Assembly: GCF_009914755.1 (NCBI RefSeq)
Contig: NC_060928.1
Length of the DNA: 64,000 nt
DNA from: the human T2T-CHM13v2.0 reference genome, Homo sapiens
Direction: 5' to 3' (one strand)
The stretch's first letter is position 1. The number at the start of each line of letters is the position of its first letter. The notes beneath the pieces are model-generated. The model did no database searches, was not told where the DNA came from, and worked only from the letters and a program-made list of their open reading frames with translations. A program made the translations under genes and the position numbers. Positions 42,736 through 54,732 of the stretch are shown here, piece after piece.

Positions 42736-43967
42736 CTACCAAAGGCAGAGGGGAGCTCCTAGACAAAGGTAAGATACTGTCTTTACTGTTAATCTGTGGA
42801 GAGTCTTTCTGGCCCCACTGTTCTTGAATAAATTCCTCTCTGTCCACATGATGTGCCCAGAGACAATCTAACTGCCAAGTGCCACTTCTCAAAATGGCTG
42901 CAGTTTCAAAGTCAAGTCTTTGTCCTGTTTGTTCAAGCAAAGTTGGCAAAGTGGGCTCAGAAAGACGTTTTATGTGGTATGTGCTCATTATTCAAGTTCC
43001 TATCACACCTGTTTCTATATCGATTTCCTTCATAAATCTGAAAGAAATATTGGAATAGGGGATGTATCTTATTCATTGTTATTTTTTGGTGTTTGGAAAA
43101 CTGCCTAGGACATAATAGGCATTACTTCATGTTTGCTGAATGGGTGAATATATGTTCTCTCCATCAGAGCAGTGTTTATCACAATTTCAGGGGGCCAAAT
43201 TAAGCTGAATCCTCATATACTAAATTCCATAATTTTATATATTTTTCGAATACCTATAATATTTCAATATTATCATTTCTTTCTAAAAACTGGACTTAAC
43301 TTCTGTAGTTTAAGAAAAAAATCCGGACGTTTTGTTTTACCAGTGTGAACATCTTAATGTTCTCTATAAGTAAACTCTAATTATAATGCATTATACTTCG
43401 TAAAAAGATTGTGTTTGAACCAGACAGGGCTAAATTTGAATTTAGTGTAAATTTAAATACTATTTTTGGAATATGGCTACAAATTCCATACCCAGATAAT
43501 TATTAATAGTAACAGAGATTCTAAAAAATTAGACTTTTTGACAAAATAAATGGTTAGTCCCTTATGGAAAAAACAGTATTATTGAGCAAAAAATGATAAT
43601 TAAGCAAGCTCTTGAATGTGTATAATGCATGTTGAGAGTTTTGGCTCTGATATACTTCTTGGTTACAAAATAGTACATTAACTTTTTTGAGTCCATCTTA
43701 AATGAGAAATTTGTTGTTAATCCTTGTAAAAACCCGAAGAGATATGCACTGCAATTATCCCCACAAGGAAGCAGACTCAAAAAACTAATTTTTTTCTTCC
43801 TAAGGTGGTATCCTACTCTGGTGTGATGAAGACAACATTCAAACTGCAGACTGCCAAACTCTAACCAAAAGCTAAACCATTATGGCATGCTGCCTGCTCA
43901 AAATTTAGTGGGTTCTGATCACTGAGCAATCTTTGTCTTTGTTCCTGTTTCCCTATTTCTGCCTCTG

Positions 43968-43982
43968 TCTCTCTCTCACACA

Positions 43983-44032
<50 letters not shown>
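43968..44032. repeat. (CT)n(CA)n microsatellite
   Basis: Directly visible. Confidence 0.95.
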
Positions 44033-44035
<3 letters not shown>

Positions 44036-44630
44036 GCCCCTCCCCCCCAAAGTGCAGAATATGTAATTACGAATATAGATAATGAAACGGAGAATTAACT
44101 AGACTAACTAACTGTTAGGCATCATTTTATTATTAAGAGGAAAGGGGATTATAATTCAGGTTTGTCTTATATATTATCCTGTGTGTTTAATCACAATATA
44201 TGAAAATATAATTAGCTTTCATTTTTAAAATTTTCAAAAAAAAACATGCTTCTGATTGTATTTTGTGGCTCTGGGCATTCTGAGATCATTGTTTAATATT
44301 TAATCTTGTTTCAGTTGAAAGTTGAAGTATTTAAGTGTTTAATTTTAAGTTTTTTTAAAAAATCAGATGACAAATTATTATTTGAGTAATGCAATTTCAT
44401 CATTGTTAATTGTGGGAGGAAAAAATAGATTTATATATATTTAATAGAGAGAGAGACCTTAGTTCTCATGACAATACAGGTTATCACATTACCAATTGAA
44501 CCATCAGGGTAGATTAAAGGCAATTTATAATATTAGAATGTATGTTATCGTGTTAATAAATTTCAGAATAACAATTAGAATGAATTAGTGAAGATAATTG
44601 TAAACTTAAAACATACTTAAAACTTATATA

Positions 44631-44800
44631 CTCAGATTAAAGTTTCAGCTCTGTAATTTACTAAGTTTTTAAATTTCAGGAAGGTGGTTTTCTTTCTCTG
44701 AGCATCAGAATTTTGTTTGCTTGTTTTTGTTTATTTATTTATTTTTCATCTGTAAAATGAAAGTCCTGGGCCAGTGACCTCTAAGTTCTTTTCTGCCCAC
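44631..44800 (+). mobile_element. MIR fragment
   Basis: tctctgagcatcag...tcatctgtaaaatga...gacctctaagttcttttc. Confidence 0.55.
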
Positions 44801-45909
44801 AGTCCCTAACATCACAATGTTGTATTGAAAACATTCTACTAGGTTAATATTAGTAAAGCAGAATGAGTATAAATGTTCTGCTCATTCTCCATGCACACTT
44901 TGGAAATCATGAGTAATGAATACTAAACTCACATTTTTTATTTATGTATTTCTTGATCTCATTTTGTGGATATTCCCTTTGCAGTACCCTCTGGGCACAT
45001 TTACAGGATTTAATAAGAAGAGAGATGATATCTGCAATCTTAATTGTATAGCAGAATGATAAACTCACAGACGGAAAGCTTGTCTTGTAAATTTAATTTC
45101 CTCTAAGCTTGTTAGGAAGAATGTACCAGAGAATGTAAGAGCTCTCATCTCAAGTCATTGTATTACATGAACTTTTCAATTTTCATGTCAACTAGTATTA
45201 ATATATTTAAAAGCACATTGCCTATTTTAGATCATATATGATATATATTTTTCTTTGATTCAAGATAGTTCTGTGTGGTTTATATCCACCATAGACCTAT
45301 TTGAATTATCTCTATTAAATGTTTTTTAATAAGTTGGGCTTAGAAAATGTCTGACTGCCATTAGTATTTGCATTCCAGAGGCCATATTAGATAATTCAAT
45401 TTTCCATTACTTAAAGGAATTGCCTTGTTCCATAACTAGGTTTACTGCAGACAAAAATGTGAAGCACCGTAACTGCTTTTTAATCTCAGGATAGAGAATT
45501 TTATTTTATTTAAAAATTGTTTGGGCCATGTACTTCATAGGAAATTTTCTTACTTCAATAATCTCTGGACAAAAGTCTGTTTACAATCTAATAGTATGTC
45601 ATCACAAGAATAAAAACAAAACATTTTTATTAATAACATAAATGTTTTATATAATTGTAGAAATTCAGAAAAGGAAAATAAAATAATCTAGTTAAGATAA
45701 TGCCTGCATAAGATAGAGTGAAGACAATGGGAAGAAAACTCGAGATGCGCTGAGCATTTTCTCTGGGAAAGGTAGTATGCTGCTGTGATTTAACTCTGAA
45801 AAATTCAATTTCATGGGTAAATTATATTCTTTTATGGATTAAGGAAACTATAATCTGGTCACCCAATGTCAAAAGCTAGTTAGCTGCTGAAGATATTACC
45901 TAACAGTTC

Positions 45910-46433
45910 TGACACTGATACTTTAAAGATGCCACAAATTCTTTTCTATGCCTCTTATTGGGAGGCGAAGTCCATTTCCTTTCACCATGAATCTGGTTTC
46001 CATGATTTTTTTTTAACCAGTGAAAGTGATGCTTTGCCAGTGTTTAGGCCCTGATTACAAGAGCTACTACTATTCCCTGCTCTTGAAATACTTACTCTTG
46101 GAAAGCTGAACATCAACTTAACCAGGTTTCCTGCCAGAGAAAACATTTAGAGAGGCCCTGAGACCTAAAGGAAGATGCACCTATCTGATACCAGCTTTCT
46201 TACTCTCTCTTCAAGTTTACAGGCATGTGTGTGGAGCTGTCTCAGAGCCTACAGAGTAGCCTAGTCTTTAGCCACATATCGCGGTGACACAGTCAACACC
46301 AAATGCACAGAAGAATCACTCAGCTGAGCTCTGCCTGAATTCCTGGCTCCCCAAATTATGAGCTACAAAACATAGCTGTTTTAAATCGCTACATTTTGAG
46401 AAGTTTGTTAAGCAAGAATAGATAAGTAGAGCA
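45910..46433 (+). mobile_element. Old MLT1 (H/G-like) MaLR LTR
   Basis: cagctgagctctgcctgaattcctg...tgttttaaatcgctacattttgagaagtttgtt..aatagataa. Confidence 0.7.
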
Positions 46434-46644
46434 GAGACAAACACCAACATCCATATTCATTCCAAGATAAAATTCTGCTACCTGTGGAAGAACAGAAGTA
46501 TTATCATTTTTTCTGATAATAATAATTCAAAAATTGAAAGAAATTGTTGGCATTTGTAAAATGAGAACAAGGTGGAAATAATGAGTTATAAATTCCACAA
46601 AATGCAAAAATATAAAATAAAATTAAAGGGGGCTATTTCAACCT

Positions 46645-46785
46645 AAGTGTACACTCTTTGGGTGATGGGTGGACTAAAATATCAGAAATCACCACTAAAG
46701 AATTTATCCTGGTAACCAAAAACCACCTGTTCCCCAAGAACCCACTGAAATAAAAAATATATAAAATAATAATAAAAAAGAAAAT
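46645..46785 (+). mobile_element. L1PB-like 3' end fragment
   Basis: gtgtacactctttgggtgatgggtggactaaaat..cagaaatcaccactaaagaa...ccacctgttcccc followed by an A-rich tail. Confidence 0.8.
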
Positions 46786-47104
46786 ATATTTTTCTTAAAA
46801 AGTGCTATTAAACATACATAGAGCCAGAAAATGAAAATGCACATATTCTATGTAGTTTGTGAGTGATATAGCTAGAGTGATAAAGCTATAGACATTCAAG
46901 TACGAGTTAAATAATTTTGAAGCAACATAAAGGTAAACAATTGTACTATTCTAAGAGAACACAGATTTTAGATACATATTACTATCTTGATTTCTCTCAT
47001 GGAATACAGAATATTAGGTCATCTTTAACTGTTTATTGGGAAAGACTAGAAATTAAGATACATAACTAACACTTTGCCTTAAAGATAGCTAGCTCACAGT
47101 CTGT

Positions 47105-47180
47105 CTCCAGGCTCCTCCCACTCATATCTAGTGCACACAGCTCTCCAGGCTCCTCTCACTCATATCTAGTGCACACAGCT
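47105..47180. repeat. 38-bp tandem duplication
   Basis: ctccaggctcctc(c/t)cactcatatctagtgcacacagct twice, one mismatch. Confidence 0.95.
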
Positions 47181-48500
47181 TCTAAATAAGTCTCCCCAAA
47201 GGTCAGATCTGATCATATCATAGTTCTGCAAAAACCTATGATTCTTCGTCGGCCATAGAAAAAGAAGATGTATTGTTGTCCTATGGTATTTTTGTATCCA
47301 TAATTTTCCTCCTTTATCTGTTCTAAAACAAATGTATCTATACTCTAAATGAAATTCTTTTCTTTTCCCCCTTGTCCATTGACATATAAACACACATAAA
47401 CACATGTACAATATGCAATGTTGTTAGAATAGGGACATAATATCCACAGTCATAATTCCCATTCAAAACATTGTTTTTAATTAAAATGGGAAACACCCAG
47501 CATTGCCTGGTTTTTAGGAATAATCGAATCCTGCTTAGTCATTGTGGCGACCTCTCACCTTGGCAGCAGAGGGAATGTCTTTACTAAATCCTGGTTCTAC
47601 CTGACAGAAGGAACTAACTTGTCCATGTATTTCACGGCCCCAGTTTTGGGAGATTCTTCCTTGACTGTGATGTTGCATGGCTAAATCCAAAGCAATATGT
47701 GGGAAGTATTGTGCAGCTCCTCTGGGATTTGAAGAACTTTTATAGCCCACTTCTTGATGGTACAAGTTTGGTTGTCTGATAATTTTTCTAGAAGTTAAAC
47801 TGTCACAATCAAAAACTTTTTAAGCTCAGATTCATGGTTTCCTTGGCAATGCTGTTTCCAATAAATGTCAGAAGTATATTAAACTGTTTTCTTTCTGTCT
47901 GTTCCATGTGTCTTGATATTGTTTTTAACTCTGCTTTATTTCTTCACTTTCTTGGCTTCCTGGTTCACTTTCTCAATTTAATACTTTCTGCCTTGAACGT
48001 ATCTGAAACAATAGGCTCATATAGGAAGACAATATCCTTATTTGAATTACTGAGGCAAAATATAGAAGCTTTAGGAAGAGGGAACAAAATAAGGGAGAAG
48101 AGGCACTAAATAAATAATTAAAATACACATTTATTTTGAAATTATAAGGTCAATAAATATTTGTTAAATGACAGGTTGATTGAATGCTCCTGAAAAATGG
48201 GAAAGCATTTGAAAAATGGGAAAACATTAGATAAGCACAGTCAGACTTGTTAAATGAGTGAACTTCAACTCAAGAATCCATTATGTAGTCTAGAAATTTA
48301 TCACCTATCGGAGTGAAAAATATTTAAGGATATGCAAGAAATCCAAAGAGTGTACCTTCAATTCAAACTATCTTAGGAAAACATTTTTAAAATACATTTA
48401 ACAAATATATAATAAAGCTAAACTCAGAGAAAGATAACTCGGGTTTAAAAAAAAGTAAAAAAAGCAACTGCCAACAATAAATAAATCTTTATTTACTAGT

Positions 48501-48861
48501 TGCTATGGAGTGAATGTTTATATTTTTCCAAAATTCATATGCTGACAACTAATCCCTAGTGTAATATTATTAAAAGGTAGGATCTCTGGAAGGTGATTAG
48601 ATCATGAGGAAGGAGCCCTCATGAAAGAAATTAATGTCCTTGCCAAACAGCCCTGAAGGAGTTAGTCTCTTTCACTCTGTGAGAACAAAGCGAGAAGGTG
48701 CCATCTGCAGCCCAGGAAACAAGTGCTCATCAGACACTCAATCTGCATGTCCCTTGATCTTGAATTTCCCACCTTTCAGAACTGTAAGACATACATTTCT
48801 GTTGTTTATCAGCCACACAGTTTATGATATTTTACTAAAGCTGCCCAAATAGACTAAGACA
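48501..48861 (+). mobile_element. MLT1A-like MaLR LTR
   Basis: tgctatggagtgaatg start; aggtgattagatcatgagg; gactaagaca end. Confidence 0.85.
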
Positions 48862-48865
48862 CTGT

Positions 48866-49350
48866 TGTATTACTTTTATATTGCTGCATTACAATTTACC
48901 ACAAATTTAACATCTTTAACAACATAAATTTACCATCTTTAACAACATAAATTTACTCTCTCACAGTTTGTGAGAGTCAGGAGTCTGGGCACAGCTTGAC
49001 TGGGTCCTCGAATCCAGGTATCATGAGGCTGAATCTCATCTACAATTTCATCTGAGACTTGGGTCTGCTTTCAAGCTCACAAAGCTGTTGGCAGAATTTA
49101 TTTCCTTGCAGCCATGGAATTAACAGCATCTGCTCTTTTTTGATTAATTTAAATTCAACTGGTTAGGGTCTTAATTGCAGATAGAAAGTTTTTTTCACCT
49201 TTGCTATATAATAGGACATTATTAAGAGAATAGCATTCTATCATTTACAGAATATTGCATTAGTTACAAACAAGCTACAGATCTCACTCCAACTTGAGAG
49301 GAGAGACTCACATAAACATAACACTGGGGATTAGATATCAGGAGGGATAT
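48866..49350 (-). mobile_element. MLT1 (E/F-like) MaLR LTR
   Basis: tgtatta..tattgctgcattacaatttaccacaaattta; gtcaggagtctgggcacagctt; gttggcagaatttatttccttgcagc; 23-bp duplication at 48911-48956. Confidence 0.7.
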
Positions 49351-50377
49351 TTTGCTTCATCTCTCTTTTAAAAAATGCAAATGAATAAAGATCTCCTTAA
49401 TGTCTGGAAGCCACTGATCTGTTCTCTATTTGTACAATTTGGTCATTTCAAGAGTTATATAATTACAATCATTTGGCTTTCTTCATTTAGCATAATTTTT
49501 TGGAGATCCCTTCAGTTTCTTGTAGGTATCAGTTGTCTATTTCTTTTTATTATTCTGTACTATTCCATGGTATGGATGTACCACAATTTGCTTAAACACT
49601 CACCCTTTGAATGACAACTAAGTTGTTTCCAATTTGAGCCTATCACAAATAAAGCTACTATGAACTTTCATGTACAGAGTTTTACATGAGCATAGGTTTT
49701 CACTTATCTGTGTTACAGGGTTAAGAGTGAAATTTCTGGATTGTATTGTAGTTACATGTTTTTGTGTATTGTTGTTATTTAAGCAGCAACAACAACAACA
49801 ACAAAACTGCTCAGCAATTTTTGAAAATATTTTTACCATTTAACATTCTAGCAGCAAAGTCTGTGTTCCAGTTTCTTCTCACTCTTTCTGGCGTTTAATG
49901 TTGTCACTATTTTTCTTTTTATTTTAGTCATTCTGATAAATGTGTAGTGATATCTTATTATGATGTTAATTTGCATTTCTATATTCCCTTCAGTGAATTG
50001 CCTCTCTCTGTCTTTTGCTTACTTTCTAATGGATTTTTTTTCCTTTATTTTTGAGCTTTTTGAGTTTGTTATATACTCTAGATACTAACCCTGTGTCAAA
50101 TAGGTGCTTTGCAAATATTTTCTCTCAGTATGTAGCTTATTTTCTCATCTTTTTGGCAGGGTCTTTCACAGAACAAAAGTTTCCAATTTTAATGAACTTC
50201 AATTTACCAAAATTTCTTTTTATGGATAGTGCTTTCAGAATCCGGTCAAAGAACTCTCTAACTGGTGCTAGAACACACAGGTGCCCTGTTTTTTTTTTCT
50301 ATGGTATTTAAGTCTGTGATTCATTTTGAGTTAAATTTTGTAGGTGCGAAAGTGAGACTTAGGTCAAGGTGCTCCCC

Positions 50378-50419
<42 letters not shown>

Positions 50420-50444
50420 TTTCCTCCTCCTCCTCTTCCTTCTT
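50378..50444. repeat. (TTA)n followed by (CCT)n
   Basis: Directly visible. Confidence 0.95.
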
Positions 50445-50744
50445 ATTTATTTATTTATTTATTTTTTGAGACAGAGTCTTGCTTTGCCACCCAGGTTGGA
50501 GTGCAGTGGCATGATCTCGGCTCACTGCAACCTCTGTCTCCAGGACTCAAACGATTATCCTGCTTAGCCTCCCAAGAAGCTGAGATTACAGGTGCACACC
50601 ACCACACCCAGCTTATTTTTGTAGTTTTAGTAGAGATGGGGTTTCACCATGTTGGCCAGGCTGGTCTCGAACTCCTGACCTCCTGCTATGCCCGCCTTGA
50701 CCTCCCAAAGCGCTGGGACTACAGGCTGGGTCACTGCACTTGGC
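50445..50744 (-). mobile_element. AluS with a (TTTA)n tail
   Basis: Dimeric Alu from gagacagagtcttgc to cactgcacttggc. Confidence 0.9.
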
Positions 50745-50895
50745 TGCTGCTTCTTCTCCTTCTCCTTCTTCTCCTTCTTCCTCTTCTTCCTCTTCTTCTT
50801 CCTCTTCTTCCTTCTTCTTTTTCTTCTTCCTCCTCCTCCTTCTTCTTCCTCTTCCTCTTCCTCCTCTTCTCCTTCATCTTCTCTTCTTTTCTTCT
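50745..50895. repeat. (CTT/CCT)n polypyrimidine tract
   Basis: Directly visible. Confidence 0.95.
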
Positions 50896-51819
50896 ATGTT
50901 GAATTGCTCTAGTACCATTTCTCAAAACACATATCCTCCCTCTGCTGAAGGTGGGAATGAATGTCCATATGCCCATGTTGTCACCACTTTTCCTAGCAGA
51001 GGAAGCAATTTGGGAGAGAAGAGAAGTTATAGTCTGGCAGGAATAAAAGTCTTGGCTCTCTATTTAGCTTTTTCTCACACCACGCCAGTTGAAGGTTGAG
51101 AGTGCTTCATTATAGTCTGCTAAGGGTGGAAATCTAGGCTCTCTGCTTCCTCTTTGGTATTGTAGGTATGGGTGGAGCCAGATAGTTTCCTGGGCAGTTT
51201 AATTGTACCAGAATTATTTTATAAATATTTTCTGACTTTCTGTCATCCCCTTTCCTATCTTTTGATTAAAGAGTGCAGATTTTTTTTCTCTTAACCCATT
51301 GGTACTGATAAATGGAGAAAATATAGAAGTTGCATTGGGCAATATATCAAAACCAAAATCAATAAACATAACATATATCAAAAAAATTGGTCACACAAAT
51401 TATAGACAAAGGAATACTGTCAGTGTCATATGAGACTACTTACAAATTGTCAGAAAAAAATAAATGGTCAAGTTGAAAAATATGCTCTAAGAACATGAAT
51501 AAATACATAGAAAATATCAAATTCAAAAGTCAAATAATATATGAAAAAATTCTCAAATTTTGTTATAAAATTAAAAATTAAGTTTAATATATTGTTTGAA
51601 TAGCAAATCTTAAATTTTTAAAAGCTATATCATTTATTGCTTACAAGAAATATAAAATCTATTAAAGTTATATATATGTATATATGTTCAACGAGCAATC
51701 TTCCTAATTAATGTAGCTAGTGACATCCATTTTTATAGAATAAAAAGACAATAAACTCTGTACAGAGTTACACATAAAAGTCTATGCAACAGAAAACGTG
51801 TACATATGTAGTTCAAATA

Positions 51820-52434
51820 CACTTAATCTTCATTTTTTGAAGAGTCTGTATCTGCAGATACATGTCCATAAAATTTATTTTTAACCCCAAAATTGATACT
51901 CAGGTCACTTTCACAATTCTTCACAGACATGAACAGAGTGGTGGAATTTTTGACTTGTCTGATACACTTGAAGTTGAACTAAACAATAATCTGCTTTCTT
52001 GTTTTAGCTCTCATAATGTAAACAAGTATCCTTATCATGGTTTATTTAGTGCCACGTGTGCTTTTTTGGTGATTTCACCGTTTAAAATGGCACCCAAATG
52101 TACGGCTAAAGTCCTTCCAAGAGTGCCAAAATGTGAGATGGTTGTGATGTGCCTTATGGAGTGTGTTAGATAAGATTTTCTTGGGCATGAGGTATAGTGC
52201 TATTGGCTATGAGTTCAATGTTAATGAAGCAATAATATAGGTTAAATAAGATTTCTTTAAACAAACACATAAAACAAGGTTATGTATTGAGTGGTTGATA
52301 AAAATGTTGTTAACAGATGCTTGCAGGAACCTAACCCTGTATTTCAGCTAAAAGCAATGGTTTAGTATTCACGATTTCAGTGTTTGTGGTGTCTTTATAA
52401 AAATATGACTATCACATATAACAAGAATCTATTG
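51820..52434 (-). mobile_element. MER82-like non-autonomous TcMar-Tigger DNA transposon
   Basis: caggaacctaaccctgtatttc..agcaatggtttagtattc; degenerate TIRs flanked by TA on both sides. Confidence 0.8.
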
Positions 52435-53007
52435 TATATGTGTCTGGGTGGGTGTGTGTGTACACATATATATATATACACATCTATGTATACATATATA
52501 CACATGTTTATAGATAAATATATATGTGTATATGCATACCACGCATTCTTATTTGCATAGGGTAATTTGAGCACTGAAAAATGTAGAATACAAAGTTGGT
52601 TATTAGGATACATGCTATATTGTTAAAATAGGTTACCTTAGCGGGAGGAGGAGTCTAATTTTGGTATAGTAGAAATTGAATAGCTGAGAAAAGAAAAAAA
52701 AGATATTTTTAAAGTCATGCATGACATTCATATGTCAATATGAATACATACAAAAAATTAAACTCAATTTTAAGATTTTTCAAAAGTAAAATAAACAGCT
52801 ATCTCAATTCCCATATTCTCCTAAATAATAATATTTATATATTTTCTATTTGACCATCTATATTATTGCATTCCATGTCTTACATTTTGTCTAATAAGAT
52901 GGAAGAATACATTAAGTTGAAAGATAGATAATAAATAGATAGATGCAGACTGATAGACAATAATAACAATAAACTAGGAAATGATAGAAATTGATAAACA
53001 TAGAAGT

Positions 53008-53385
53008 TGATATGGTTTGGCTGTATCCCCACCCAAATCTCATCTTGAATTGTAGTTCCCATAATACCACATATTGAGAAAGGGACAAGGTGGGAGGTAA
53101 TTGAATCATGGGGGCAATTACCCCCATGCTGTTCTCATGATAGTGGGTGAGTTCTCATGAGATCTGATTGTTTTATAAGGGGCTTTTCCCCCCTTTGCTT
53201 GACACTTCTCCTTCCTGCTGCCCAGTGAAGTAGGTGCCTTTTGTCCCCTTCACCTTCTGTCATTATTGTAAGTTTATTAAGGCCTTCTCAGCCATGTGTA
53301 ACTGTGAGTCAAGTAAACCTCTTTCCTTTATAAATTACCCAGTCTTGGGCAGTTCTTTACAGCAGCATGAGAATGAACTCATACA
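53008..53385 (+). mobile_element. THE1 (C/D-like) solo LTR
   Basis: tgatatggtttggctgtatccccacccaaatctcatcttgaattgta start, ataca end; perfect TSD GAAGT. Confidence 0.93.
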
Positions 53386-54732
53386 GAAGTACATGTCAAA
53401 TTGAACATTCTAGACAAAATATTATCCTGTGTAGATGCTTATATGTATAAATGCTGAAATAAAACCACTAAAGATACGTGTGCATATGCACATACATTAC
53501 ATATTTCAAGGCAAACTGATACATCTCATGTTAATGTCTCTTTTATTAAGTAGCTGGATGACCATAGTCATATCATTTAATTCCATTATGTTCAGCTTAT
53601 TTAACTATATAGTTAGGGAATTTACCTAGTAAACTTTTTCATGAGCTTGAAATCATAACTTTTGTATAGGATACCATTTAAAAGATAATTAGCTAAACCT
53701 AAAGAGATTTTAATCATCGTTGTAATCAAATATCCTCACTAATAAATTTTAGTTCTTGTTTGCATTTAACAAAGCATCTTAGCTAAGCTGTCTGTGAACA
53801 CTCTTCACTTTCATTTTCCTTTTCTTCAAAAGAGAAATTATTTGTTCGTATATCCATGTCGGAAAAGGTAAACTCTGGATTGTTTTCATTGTCTATATGC
53901 CAAAACATTTAATAGACACAACAAACAAAAACACAAACAAAACTTTGATACACATAGTGGAACAAAATTCCAGTGGCTGTTTTACTAAATAACCATACCC
54001 ATTGCTGCAGCTTTTTTTATTATTATTATTCAGGATTTTTTTACTTAACGAGACTTGAAATTCTTGAAAGAGCTAAAGTTGAGGCATAGCAACAGTAACC
54101 TGGTGCTATAACTTCTTTTGTGGACTTTCCAGTCCAAACATTTTTTTCCAAGGTTCCTGAAGCTGTTCTGATGCTTTCATTAGACTTAAATCCCTTTTTA
54201 TTTTCATGAAAGCTCATTTGTACTCAAGATGGTTTTAGTGGATTTTGGTGACTTGCACTAAAGTATTACAACTAACACAAAGATTAACAAACATCCTGTA
54301 CTTTTCTTTTACAAATTCTATCTTTCTAGAGTCTGTAGCTCTTCTATTGTAAGTTGTTTACATAATATAAACTCTTTGGGTTAAAATCTTTAATTTCTAA
54401 AAAAAAATTAATGTCTTTTTCCTTGAAATCTTGTTGTAGATATATTATATGGATTTATGTAGAACAGAAGTTATATTCTTCTGTGATCAGTATTCAGTAC
54501 CAGCAAACAGAAATACTTGTGTAATTCAAATTGCTATAAAATTATGTATAATTTATAATACAGTGTAAAATCTAATGTAACATTTATTATATAACATATA
54601 TTTTTCCATAATTTATTGTATAGCATATAATTCATACAAACAATGGTTACATATTTGTCATTTTGTGTAAACTGCGATAAAATCATAATGCTACTACACT
54701 TATATTTTAAAAAGACATTACTCAGAATTTTC

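Larger units (their letters stand above)
49390..50945 (-). mobile_element. Ancient L1M (MB/MC-like) segment interrupted by an Alu and simple repeats
   Basis: ccactgatctgttctcta; tattccatggtatggatgtaccacaatttg; tttgcaaatattttctctcag; tcattttgagttaaattttgta. Confidence 0.75.

Noticed and set aside
50265-51099. Poly-Leu, poly-Tyr and poly-Ser ORFs resembling signal or membrane peptides
   Set aside because: Translations of (TTA)n, (CTT/CCT)n and an antisense Alu.
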